A DNA stretch of 47,686 bases from Chiloscyllium plagiosum (taxonomy: Eukaryota). Made by a program: the position numbers and the translations under genes. This document shows positions 47,101-47,686 of the stretch, piece after piece; the stretch's first letter is position 1; the number at the start of each line of letters is the position of its first letter. The stretch lies in contig NC_057718.1 in the NCBI RefSeq assembly GCF_004010195.1, forward strand, positions 76,144,334 through 76,192,019. Direction: 5' to 3'. The notes below the pieces were generated by a model. That model did not search any database. It was given only the letters and a program-made list of their open reading frames with translations, and was not told where the DNA came from.

Positions 47101-47686
47101 GGGAGGGATCCAAGATGGCGGAGACCCAGCAAGTCTGAGTCTACAGTGCTCCTCCCAAGACTTGGGCAAAGTGGGTCACCCGCCCGCACCACACTCACCA
47201 AATCATTTAAAAGTTTTTACTTAATGTAATTAGTTGTTTAGTATTGAATTTAAACAATTTAATCTCCAGTAAAAATGACTAATGGGAAGGAAGCCCATAG
47301 CTCTCAGCAAGCAGGAACCCCTCCCCCACCCACCTCAGCTGCAGCAGAGGCGTCCGCAGCCACCCCGGGGGACTTACCTACGGTGGCAAGTCTTATGGAA
47401 ATAATCTCCAAACTCAATGCGAAGATAGATGCTTTTATTGAAGAATCCCTAATCAGATGGGACTCACTCTCGGCAGCGCTGCAAAAGCACGACCGAGACA
47501 TCAAGGAAATCGAGCGCCGAGTCGGAGGGGCGGAGCTGAAGGCCGCGACCTCTGAAACTGCAGCACAATCGACCGTGGATCGGGTCCGGACTCTCGAACA
47601 GCGAATCCGGACCTTAGAGAATTACATTGACGACCTCGATAATTGAGGTCGTCGAAAAAATATTCGTTTGCTGGGCCTTCCCGAAC
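47101..47686 (+). mobile_element. L1-clade LINE 5' end: 5' UTR plus ORF1 with a premature stop (runs off the window)
   Basis: G-rich start and caagatggcgg (YY1-type) motif at 47111-47121. ORF 47275..47646 is coiled-coil-like and continues DDLDN*GRRKNIRLLGLPE, the L1 ORF1p DLENRSRRNNIR motif; TGA is consistent with CpG decay of CGA. Confidence 0.9.

Overview
Eukaryotic, repeat-rich DNA. The HE1-type V-SINEs, CR1 LINEs and Penelope-like repeats point to a cartilaginous fish, probably a shark (inference). The only host gene I can support is the 3' half of a SUMO isopeptidase gene, SENP6 or a close paralogue, on the minus strand. I reconstructed ten GT-AG exons between 44561 and the stop at 13247-13249. 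They are phase-compatible and total 1353 nt (450 aa plus stop), covering the full C48/Ulp1 catalytic domain (His, Asp, Gln, Cys). A transposon-free stretch with a candidate polyA signal at 12247-12252 follows. Almost everything else is retroelement debris: many CR1/L2-type LINE fragments, three SINE families, a Tigger-like MITE, the 5' end of an L1, and several Penelope-like element (PLE) fragments. The most striking unexplained structure is a set of ~130-400 bp PLE-terminus insertions bounded by 11-18 bp target-site duplications. Most fold back into long hairpins and carry minimal type-I hammerhead ribozyme cores, three of them intact in the sense orientation inside SENP6 introns. Other observations: an ~84 bp locally templated insertion that destroyed one hammerhead, a candidate poison exon, a candidate microexon, and a possible frameshift at the SENP6 C-terminus. 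Repeat boundaries are by eye and approximate; family names come from recalled consensus motifs, not database searches.
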